Shown piece after piece: positions 52,501-64,000 of a DNA stretch of 64,000 nucleotides (position 1 is the stretch's first letter; every line of letters starts with the position of its first letter). The notes under the pieces were generated by a model. That model saw nothing but the letters and a program-made list of their open reading frames with translations, was not told the DNA's origin and ran no database searches. Made by a program: the position numbers and the translations under genes. This DNA comes from Eledone cirrhosa (Eukaryota), in the NCBI GenBank assembly GCA_964016885.1, contig OZ024743.1, positions 242,668,001-242,732,000 of the forward strand, given 5' to 3'.

Positions 52501-53603
52501 ACTCACACCCAGGGATGTCGCTCAGCAGTATCGCAGTGAATCCATGGATGAAAAACTGCATGCCTATCAGCAAAAAATCATGCATGGATATGTTGCCAGG
52601 AAGCTCCAGAGTGAGAGTAATGTAGATAAGGAAAGTAGTCTATCTTGGACCAACAACTGCTATATTGGCTCCCACTTTGAAGGATACGCTTTTGCTATCC
52701 AAGAACAGGAGATTAACACGAAATACCTGATTCACAAAAGAGATAGGGATGCAGGCAAAACACCTAGATGTGATAACAAGTGCAGTCTCTGCAGAACTAA
52801 CATCGAGGATATCACCAATGTCATCAGCAGCTGTCCAAAGATGTCATCGCGGTACTATCTACCTTTGAGGCATGATGTAGTGGCCAAAACACTGTACAAT
52901 GCAGTTCGTAAAAAAGATAGCCCCGATAATAAACACATTAAAAGCTACAACAATGTGGAAGACATCCATGTACATAATATGAAAGAATACTGGTGGAATG
53001 TTCCAGTAAAAACCTCAATAAAATGCAGGCATAACAGACCAGATATTATGATATGGGACAGGAAGAAGAAAACATGCCCAGTAGTGGAAATTAGCTGCCC
53101 AGCAGATGCCAATATAATATCAAAGATTAGTGAAAAGGAGAATATTTATGCAGAACTGATGAGAAATCTGCAGATACTCCACCCTGATTACACCTTCAGA
53201 TTTATGCCTGTGATTATTGGGGCACTGGGATATGTTAGTAACTGCCTCAATACAAATCTTGAGAAGCTAGGCTTCACAGGAACAGAAAGAACACAACTAG
53301 TTAGGAAATTACAAGTACAATCCATTAATGGAACAGTAAAAATATGTAAAACATTCCAAAAATGTTGCATCTAATAACTGCATATACACATGTACAGATA
53401 TAAAGCATATACACATGCACACATACAACTCAAAACATCCACATCCACACATACAATAACATCCATATCTACACATGCATGCATACATACATATCTACCT
53501 AGTTGATGTTGTGTAAATTCCAATGAGAGAGTCTTGTGTCTATGTTAAAAACCGACTCTCTCTCTCTCTATTGGTAAAACTTTGTGAAATTATAAAACCA
53601 GAA
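49515..53603 (+). mobile_element. Full-length R4/Dong-clade non-LTR retrotransposon (RT plus restriction-like endonuclease), frameshifted
   Basis: N-terminal GYMNRMKLHWDEMHP..T.KQLRQQ; RT WLDYRKAFDSVPHSW, GIFQGDSLS and FVEDLKLY; knuckle CSLC...ISSC, RHD, and RPDIMIWD...VVEISCP. ORF pieces span 49733-53374. Confidence 0.92.
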
Positions 53604-54244
53604 CATACATACATACATACATACATACATACATACATACATACATACATACATACATACGTATTCACACAAGCTTTTATTACAAATTGTTTTGTTACAG
53701 GTGTTGTTCTTGTTAATGTTAGAAAATGTTGTTGATGTTATTGTAACTGTTGTTGTTGTTGTTGTTACTGATTTTGTTGCTGCTACTATTAGTCTAGTTA
53801 TTGTTGCTGTTGATATTTCTGATATTATTTACCAAGCTGATGACTTTGTAAAGTAACCTGAGATTGATTTGAAGAAGTATATAGACAAAATTGAAGATCG
53901 CTGTTAGAAACACTGGTTTCTATTTATTTTTGTTGTTGTTGCTGTTTATGTTTTGTATTTTGTTTGTGTGTTTTGTTTTATTTTTGATCTTTTCAGATTT
54001 GTTTGTTTCTTTTTTTAATTTTTTTTTTATTTTCTTTGGTGTCATTGTTGAAAGAAATTCCGTAGAGTATATTGTACTGAGAGGGAGGGGGGGGGGGAGT
54101 TTGTGCGTAGAGGGTGAGTGAGTGAAACTGAAGCCAATGAGTGTGAAAGAGAGCGACAAGAGATATTAAGAGAAAGATTTGTGTCGGTGACCAAAATTAC
54201 TCGACAGATTTATACCACTCAGAGTTATTTCCCTTACAATGTCA

Positions 54245-54760
54245 TCTCTCACTTATTTTGGGGGGGTTGTGAGAGAAGATTCCTCAAGCACGCTTTCCAG
54301 CGAGTCTTGTTTGAGGCAGCTGTCTCCAATTGATCTGGCTGGATCTCAATGCGGACCAGCCGAGCTCATGGATGTTATAAAACCATCTTGCTCTGGGGTT
54401 TATCCCTGGGTCTCCAGACGGTTGGTTTGCCCGTAAAATATGTACAGCGATTCTTTCCTGGGACATTCTAACCACGTGTCTATAATATCGGAACTGTGAT
54501 CTCTCAATACGGAGAAGTAGCGGCTCTACCTGGATTGGCCTTCTGATCTGTGAGTTACACACTCTAGCTAGTAACGTTACTCAAGAGGCCATTCGGAAGA
54601 GCCCATTTCGGCAGCTTGTATTTGTGATTGTATTTTTTCGCTCATTGCCCAAGATCCAGGCTTTTACACCTTCTTTTGATGATGAATGGAATTGCACTTA
54701 ATTCAGTCTCCTGCCTTCCATCATACGTGAACACGGCCACGAGATACGTGACCTTCTCCG
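54245..54760 (-). mobile_element. RTE (Expander/Rex3-like) 3' fragment, old
   Basis: VEPLLLRIERSQFRYYRHVVRMSQER; homologous to 345-950. Confidence 0.85.
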
Positions 54761-54904
54761 CATTGACATACGGCGTTTTTAGGTTAAAAGCTGGTTGTGT
54801 CTATCACTTTCCAGGTCTGAATACACTTTTTTTTTTTTGTCAGGGAAAGATAGAGAGTGCGGGAGCGGAAGTGAGAAAGATATGTAGAGAAAGACTTGAC
54901 TGTG

Positions 54905-55035
54905 GTACTAGTGGTTTTTTTATCGACCTTGAATGAATGAAAGGCAAAGGTGACATCAACAAGATTTGAACTCAGAGAGCAGAGAGCCGGAAGGAATACT
55001 GCAAAGCATTCTATCTGTTGTTCTAACCACTCCAC
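54905..55035 (-). mobile_element. Old SINE copy
   Basis: ATGAAAGGCAAAGGTGAC...GATTTGAACTCAGA. Confidence 0.65.
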
Positions 55036-55269
55036 CAATGTCGTGACATATGGTGTGGATTGTTATCGGGGACCATCACTCGACAGGTCTGAATACAGCC
55101 GAATTTTTCCATATATTTCTTTCTACTATGTGTGTATGCGTGTGTCTGTCTGTAAGCATGCGCGTGTGTATGTGCGCGAATGTCTATGTGCGTGTGTGTA
55201 TATATGTATACATACAAAATACATACATATATACATAAATACATACATAAATACATACACACATACATA

Positions 55270-55335
55270 CATACACATGCACGCATACATAATCTACCTA
55301 GTTGATGTTGTGTAAATTCCAATTCTATGCTAGAA

Positions 55336-55395
<60 letters not shown>
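55270..55395 (+). mobile_element. Second 3'-UTR fragment of the R4/Dong family
   Basis: ATCTACCTAGTTGATGTTGTGTAAATTCCAAT...AAACCGACTCTCTC matches 53493-53568; followed by (CATA)n. Confidence 0.8.
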
Positions 55396-55399
<4 letters not shown>

Positions 55400-55412
55400 C
55401 ATACATATATAA

Positions 55413-55443
<31 letters not shown>

Positions 55444-55465
55444 CATACATACATACATACATACA

Positions 55466-55496
<31 letters not shown>

Positions 55497-55617
55497 GAAT
55501 TTACAGTTCTCTTATCACAGACTTTTTAAATTACTTAATAAGGGAGCTAAGCGCGTTTGATTTGTCCTTCGAGTTAGCTAACTTGGCAAAAAAACCAATA
55601 TATTTAGTGTAGTGGAC

Positions 55618-58600
55618 ACATATACACGCACATGCACAGCTGCATATACCTATACAGTCATACACACATGCACAGCTGCATATACCTATACAATCATACA
55701 CACATACACAGCTGTACATACATATACAGTCATACACACATGCACAGCTGCATATACCTATACAATCATACACACATGCACAGCTGCATATACCTATACA
55801 ATCATACACACATGCACAGCTGCATATACCTATACAGTCATACACACATGCACAGCTGTACATACCTATGCAGTCATACACACATGCACAGCTGCATATA
55901 CCTATACAGTCATACACACATGCACAGCTGCATATACCTATACAGTCATACACACATGCACAGCTGCATATACCTATACAGTCATACACACATGCACAGC
56001 TGCATATACCTATACAGTCATACACACATGCACAGCTTCATATACCTATGCAGTCATACACACATGCACAGCTGCATATACCTATACAATCATACACACA
56101 TGCACAGCTGCATATACCTATGCAGTCATACACACATGCACAGCTGTACATACCTATACAGTCATACACACATGCACAGCTGCATATACCTATACAGTCA
56201 TACACACATGCACAGATGTACATATACCTATACAGTCATACACACATACACAGCTGCATATACCTATACAGTCATACACACATGCACAGCTGTACATACC
56301 TATACAGTAATACACACATGCACAGCTGCATATACCTATACAGTCATACACACATCACAGCTGCATATACCTATACAGTCATACACACATGCACAGCTGC
56401 ATATACCTATACAGTAATACACACATGCACAGCTGCATATACCTATACAGTCATACACACACACACAGCTGCATATACCTATACAGTCATACACACATGC
56501 ACAGCTGCATATACCTATACAGTAATACACACATGCACAGCTGCATATACCTATACAGTCATACACGCATACATAGCTGCATATACCTATACAGTCATAC
56601 ACGCATACACAGCTGCATATACCTATACAGTTATACACACATGCACAGCTACATATACCTATACAGTCATACACGCATACACAGCTGCATATACCTATAC
56701 AGTTATACACACATGCACAGCTGTATATACCTATGCAGTCATACACACATGCACCACACATGCACAGCTGTACATACCTATACAGTCATACACACATGCA
56801 CCACACATGCACAGCTGTACATACCTATACAGTCATACACACATGCACAGCTGTACATACCTATATAGTCATACACACATGCATAGCTGTACATACCTAT
56901 ACAGTCATACACACATACACAGCTGCATATACCTATACAGTCATACACACATACACAGCTGCATATACCTATACAGTCATACACACATGAACGGCTGTAC
57001 ATATACCTATACAGCCATACACACATGCACAGCTGTATATACCTATACAGTCATACACACATGCACAGCTGCGTATACCTATACAGTCATACACACATGC
57101 ACAGCTGCATATACCTATACAGTCATACACATATGCACAGCTGTACATACCTATACAGTCATACACACATGCACAGCTGCATATACCTATACAGTCATAC
57201 ACACATGCACAGCTGTACATAAACCTATACAGTAATACACACATGCACAGCTGTACATACCTATACAGTCATACACACATGCACAGCTGCATATACCTAT
57301 ACAGTCATACACACATGCACAGCTGTATATACCTATACAGTCATACACACATACACAGCTGTACATACCTATACAGTCATACACACATGCACAGCTGCAT
57401 ATACCTATACAGTCATACCCACATGCACAGTTGTACATACCTATACAGTCATACACACATGCACAGCTGCATATACCTATACAGTCATACACACATGCAC
57501 AGCTGTATATACCTATACAGTCATACACACATACACAGCTGTACATACCTATACAGTCATACACACATGCACAGCTGCATATACCTATACAGTCATACAC
57601 ACATGCACAGCTGTACATATACCTATACAGTAATACACACATGCACAGCTGTACATACCTATACAGTCATACACACATGCACAGCTGCATATACCTATAT
57701 AGTCATACACACATGCACAGCTGTACATACCTATACAGTCATACACACATGCACAGCTGCATATACCTATACAGTCATACACACATGCACAGCTGTATAT
57801 ACCTATACAGTCATACACACATACACAGCTGCATATACCTATACAGTCATACACGCATACACAGCTGCATATACCTATACAGTTATACACACATGCACAG
57901 CTGCATATACCTATACAGTAATACACACATGCACAGCTGCATATACCTATACAGTCATACACACATACACAGCTGCATATACCTATACAGTCATACACAC
58001 ATGCACAGCTGTATATACCTATACAGTCTTACACACATACACAGCTGCATATACATATACAGTTATACACACATGCACAGCTGCATATACCTATACAGCC
58101 ATACACACATGCACAGCTGTACATACCTATACAGTAATACACACATGCACAGCTGCATATACCTATACAGTCATACACACATACACAGCTGCATATACCT
58201 ATACAGTCATACACACATGCACAGCTGTACATACCTATACAGTAATACACACATGCACAGCTGCATATACCTATACAGTCATACACACATCACAGCTGCA
58301 TATACCTATACAGTCATACACACATGCACAGCTGCATATACCTATACAGTAATACACACATGCACAGCTGCATATACCTATACAGTCATACACACATACA
58401 CAGCTGCATATACCTATACAGTCATACACACATGCACAGCTGCATATACCTATACAGTAATACACACATGCACAGCTGCATATACCTATACAGTCATACA
58501 CGCATACACAGCTGCATATACCTATACAGTCATACACGCATACACAGCTGCAGGATATACCTATACAGTTATACACACATGCACAGCTGTATATACCTAT

Positions 58601-61600
58601 GCAGTCATACACACATGCACCACACATGCACAGCTGTACATACCTATACAGTCATACACACATGCACCACACATGCACAGCTGTACATACCTATACAGTC
58701 ATACACACATGCACAGCTGTACATACCTATATAGTCATACACACATGCACAGCTGTATATACCTATACAGTCATACACACATACACAGCTGCATATACCT
58801 ATACAGTCATACACACATGCACAGCTGCATATACCTATACAGTCATACACACATGCACAGCTGTACATACCTATACAGTCATACACACATGCACAGCTGC
58901 GTATACCTATACAGTCATACACACATGCACAGCTGCATATACCTATACAGTCATACACATATGCACAGCTGTACATACCTATACAATCATACACACATGC
59001 ACAGCTGCATATACCTATACAGTCATACACACATGCACAGCTGTACATATACCTATACAGTAATACACACATGCACAGCTGTACATACCTATACAGTCAT
59101 ACACACATACACAGCTGCATATACCTATACAGTCATACACACATGCACAGCTGCATATACCTATACAGTCATACCCACATGCACAGCTGTACATACCTAT
59201 ACAGTCATACACACATGCACAGCTGCATATACCTATACAGTCATACACACATGCACAGCTGTATATACCTATACAGTCATACACACATGCACAGCTGCAT
59301 ATACCTATACAGTCATACACACATGCACAGCTGCATATACCTATACAGTCATTCACACATGCACAGCTGCATATACCTATACAGTTATACACACATGCAC
59401 AGCTGCATATACCTATACAGTTATACACACATGCACAGCTGCATATACCTATACAGTCATACACACATGCATAGCTGTACATACCTATACAGTCATACAC
59501 ACATGCACAGCTGCATATACCTATACAGTCATACACACATGCACAGCTGCATATACCTATACAGTCATACACACATGCACAGCTGTATATACCTATACAG
59601 TCATACACATATGCACAGCTGTATATACCTATACAGTCATACACACATACACAGCTGCATATACCTATACAGTCATACACACATGCACAGCTGCATATAC
59701 CTATACAGTAATACACACATGCACAGCTGTACATACCTATACAGTCATACACACATACACAGCTGCATATACCTATACAGTCATACACACATGCACAGCT
59801 GCATATACCTATACAGTCATACACACATGCACAGCTGTACATACCTATACAGTCATACACACATGCACAGCTGCATATACCTATACAGTCATACACACAT
59901 GCACAGCTGTACATATACCTATACAGTAATACACACATGCACAGCTGTACATACCTATACAGTCATACACACATACACAGCTTCATATACCTATACAGTC
60001 ATACACACATGCACAGCTGCATATACCTATACAGTCATACACACATGCACAGCTGTACATACCTATACAGTCATACACGCATGCACAGCTGCATATACCT
60101 ATACAGTCATACACACATGCACAGCTGTATATACCTATACAGTCATACACACATGCACAGCTGCATATACCTATACAGTCATACACACATGCACAGCTGC
60201 ATATACCTATACAGTCATACACACATGCACAGCTGCATATACCTATACAGTTATACACACATGCACAGCTGCATATACCTATACAGTTATACACACATGC
60301 ACAGCTGCATATACCTATACAGTCATACACACATGCATAGCTGTACATACCTATACAGTCATACACACATGCACAGCTGCATATACCTATACAGTCATAC
60401 ACACATGCACAGCTGCATATACCTATACAGTCATACACACATGCACAGCTGTATATACCTATACAGTCATACACATATGCACAGCTGTATATACCTATAC
60501 AGTCATACACACATACACAGCTGCATATACCTATACAGTCATACACACATGCACAGCTGCATATACCTATACAGTCATACACACATGCACAGCTGTACAT
60601 ACCTATACAGTCATACACACATGCACAGCTGCATATACCTATACAGTCATACACACATGCACAGCTGCATATACCTATACAGTCATACACACATGCACAG
60701 CTGTATATACCTATACAGTCATACACATATGCACAGCTGTATATACATATACAGTCATACACACATACACAGCTGCATATACCTATACAGTCATACACAC
60801 ATGCACAGCTGCATATACCTATACAGTCATACACACATGCACAGCTGTACATACCTATACAGTCATACACACATGCACAGCTGCATATACCTATACAGTC
60901 ATACACACATGCACAGCTGTACATACCTATACAGTAATACACACATGCACAGCTGTATATACCTATACAGTCATACACACATGCACAGCTGTACATACCT
61001 ATACAGTAATACACACATGCACAGCTGTATATACCTATACAGTCATACACACATGCACAGCTGCATATACCTATACAGTCATACACACATGCACAGCTGC
61101 ATATACCTATACAGTTATACACACATGCACAGCTGCATATACCTATACAGTCATACACACATGCACAGCTGCATATACCTATACAGTCATACACACATAC
61201 ACAGCTGCATATACCTATACAGTCATACACACATGCACAGCTGCATATACCTATACAGTCATACACACATACACAGCTGCATATACCTATACAGTCATAC
61301 ACACATGCACAGCTGCATATACCTATACAGTCATACACACATGCACAGCTGTATATACCTATACAGTCATACACACATGCACAGCTGCATATACCTATAC
61401 AGTTATACACACATGCACAACTGTACATACCTATGCAGTCATACACACATGCACAGCTGTACATATCTATACAGTCATACACATATGCACAGCTGTATAT
61501 ACCTATACAGTCATACATATATGCACAGCTGTACATACCTATACAGCCATACACACATATGCACAGCTGCATATACCTATACAGTCATACACACATGCAC

Positions 61601-61745
61601 AGCTGCATATACCTATACAGTCATACACACATGCACAGCTGTACATACCTATACAGCCATACACACATGCACAGCTGCATATACCTATACAGTCATACAC
61701 ACATACACAGCTGTACATACCTATACAATTATACACACATGCACG
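55618..61745. repeat. 36-bp minisatellite (CATACACACATGCACAGCTGCATATACCTATACAGT), about 170 copies
   Basis: 12-aa periodicity in several frames; about 6.1 kb divided by 36. Confidence 0.97.
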
Positions 61746-62009
61746 TCCACATATAGATTTGGCGATTCGGGGATGGTGGTTTAGTAAATTAAAAGAGACC
61801 TCCGAAGGTTGTTTCACTTTCTAGCGATTAACTGTTTTTTAAAAATTGCAAGTGCCCTCAACCTTCGCCAGATTCTCTGGACGGTGTATTGTTGTCATGT
61901 ATGTTGAAGTCAGTATAATAATATTTCTGAAAGATTCAGAGATTATTTTTTGTTTAGTTTTGGCTTGTATCTTCTTTAAAAAAAACCTTTATATTAATAA
62001 TAACAATAA

Positions 62010-62432
62010 AATTATTGTGTACAGTGCTCGGGTGCACTACAACTCATCAAAGGTGTATAGTGTTCGAAAAGCTGACCCTTGTTCCTCGATACATTGTTAA
62101 CCTTGCAATAAAAATGCCATCACTTTCCGGTTAATTATAACGCCCTCTGTATAATAATAATAATGAAAGTTATTGTATACAATGCTCAGGTCCACTACAA
62201 CTCATCAAAGTGCATTTATAGTACATAGAATAATGTACAAATGTCAGGAAAGTGAACAGCGTATGAGTCATGAAATACACATAGATACATGTGTGCATGT
62301 GTGTGGAGGGGTAATATTAGGTGTTGTGTTGGCGAACTTCGGGAAGTATGGAAGGTTTGAAAGATACAGTGTCCCGACAGCTAACAACTGGTACAGGTAG
62401 TTTGTTCCATGCTTCAGCAACTCTGAGCGTAG
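62010..62432 (-). mobile_element. CR1-like LINE 3' fragments
   Basis: TLRVAEAWNKLPVPVVS is typical of CR1 ORF2 ends; the terminal motif CACTACAACTCATCAAAG is duplicated at ~62035 and ~62193. Confidence 0.6.
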
Positions 62433-62659
62433 TTTGTATTTCTATATATAAAAAAAAATAATAAAAATAAGACGCGAATCTAAAAGAATGTGATTCGTCC
62501 CTTTCTGCATGTTTCAAATTGTTCACAAAATGTTGTGTTTCTGATAAACGGCTCCCTACTTTATTGTTTATGGACCCTTATTATGTCATATTGTCCTGTT
62601 CCAGTTCCTCCAATATCGTATTTTTTGCATGAATAAATATCAAATTAAATTGCCTCAGT

Positions 62660-62915
62660 GTGAATGTGTCTGTGAAACATATACATATATACACCAGGTC
62701 CGAACACAAAGGAACCAAATTCCCGCTCCCTCCATCTCTCATTATTGTGAGCAAATGGAGGCCCACGCGCTCACCGGAGGATGGTGGGGTAAATTGGCTG
62801 GAAGAGCCATTCCAGCTCGTGAGGCTCTCACTTGCGGGTAGCCAACTCTGTGCTGATGGTGTTGAGTAGGAAGATGGCCCTAGGGCCAAGGTCGCCAGAG
62901 GTTTCCACTGCATTG
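62660..62915 (-). mobile_element. CRE-like 3' fragment
   Basis: The minus strand reads AVETSGDLGPRAIFLLNTI...EPHELEWLFQ, similar to the CRE endonuclease C-terminus. Confidence 0.6.
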
Positions 62916-63304
62916 TGGACAAGAAGAACAATAGATCAAGTTTCTTGATTTGCAATTTACATTTGCGTTAATTTTTAAATTTTCATTGTATTTAAAAATA
63001 TTTTGTTTGAATATATATATTTTTTTTAATCTACTGTAAATTATGTGTGATTCTTTCGGGTGTTCATTCATTTTAGGGGACTAATGGAGAATCGGGAGAT
63101 ATATTTTAGCAGCATTCAGAATATGAGGGTCGGCCGAAAAGTTCATAGGCTGACTATACTTGCATTAATTTTAACTCTATTGATAACTATTTTGTTTTGT
63201 TTTGTTTTTTCATGGTCTATGTTGAAAAATATACCTCATTTTAGTAATTTCATGAGAGTATATTGTAAACACTTTTCCTTTAATATGGGTGTCTTCTATT
63301 TAAT

Positions 63305-63743
63305 ATGTATGACGCCTGTGTGAGGTGCGCGATGCTGCATGGTAGTGAAACATGGGCTGTGACTGCAGAGGACATGCGTAGACAGGAGAGAAATAAAGGA
63401 ACCATGTTTCGTTGAATGTGCAATGTAAATGTGAGAGAAAGGCGGGGCTTGGACGAGCTGGGGGAGAAGCTGGTTTAAGAAGAATCCGAGATAGTGTGCA
63501 GGAGAGAAGATTGCGTTGGTATGACCGATGGGTGAAGAAATGCCAAGAAATCCCAGTGGAAGGAAACCGAAGTAGAGATAGACCTAGAAAGACCTGGGCA
63601 GAGTTTGTGAGAGCTGACCTCAAATTGCTAAAACTGGCAAGGGAGATTACGAAGGAACGCAGCAAGTGGGAAGATGCCGTGTTGAGAAGAACGGTCCAAC
63701 CCATGCAAGCATGGAAAAGCGGACATAAAAATTATGATGGTGA
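63305..63743 (+). mobile_element. RTE LINE 3' fragment
   Basis: MLHGSETWAVTAEDMRR, ERRLRWY and GNRSRDRPRKTWAEFVRADL, followed by a (TGA)-type tail. Confidence 0.85.
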
Positions 63744-63873
63744 TATATATATATATACATAAATACATGTAAACGAAACTCCATCGGTTTTCTTAATATA
63801 TACACTCTGCCTGTGCATCGAGAAGTGCTCATACTGGTACCACTACCAGATATTCACTCAAACACATACACTA

Positions 63874-64000
<127 letters not shown>

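Noticed and set aside
55531-61824. Very long Cys/His/Tyr-rich ORFs (up to 917 aa)
   Set aside because: They are translations of a stop-poor 36-bp minisatellite, open in several frames on both strands and shifting frame at indels.

Overview
This is repeat-saturated eukaryotic animal DNA, intronic or intergenic. The SINE, RTE, Penelope and microsatellite content suggests an octopus or other cephalopod genome; that is an inference, not a database match. I found no credible host protein-coding exon, and the long ORFs in the track are translations of micro- and minisatellites. The window holds: (i) many tRNA-derived SINE copies; (ii) a full-length but decayed RTE LINE with C-terminal C2H2 fingers, plus short non-autonomous derivatives chained head-to-tail through (CATA)n tracts; (iii) a full-length decayed R4/Dong-type element in the same (CATA)n tract; (iv) two Penelope-like elements (PLEs) with RT and GIY-YIG, one GIY-YIG fragment, and many short PLE 3'-end or fold-back inserts in (TA)n; (v) mariner, MITE, Helitron, CRE, CR1 and RTE-X remnants; (vi) 48-bp and 36-bp minisatellites with higher-order duplications. 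The most notable signal, invisible in the ORF track, is a dense set of about a dozen type-I hammerhead ribozyme motifs (intact, variant and degenerate). One is a non-canonical core (UUGAAAA...GCAA, U3-A8 swap plus C13) found at three positions in two loci of one PLE family. All calls were made by eye; no alignment or folding software was run.
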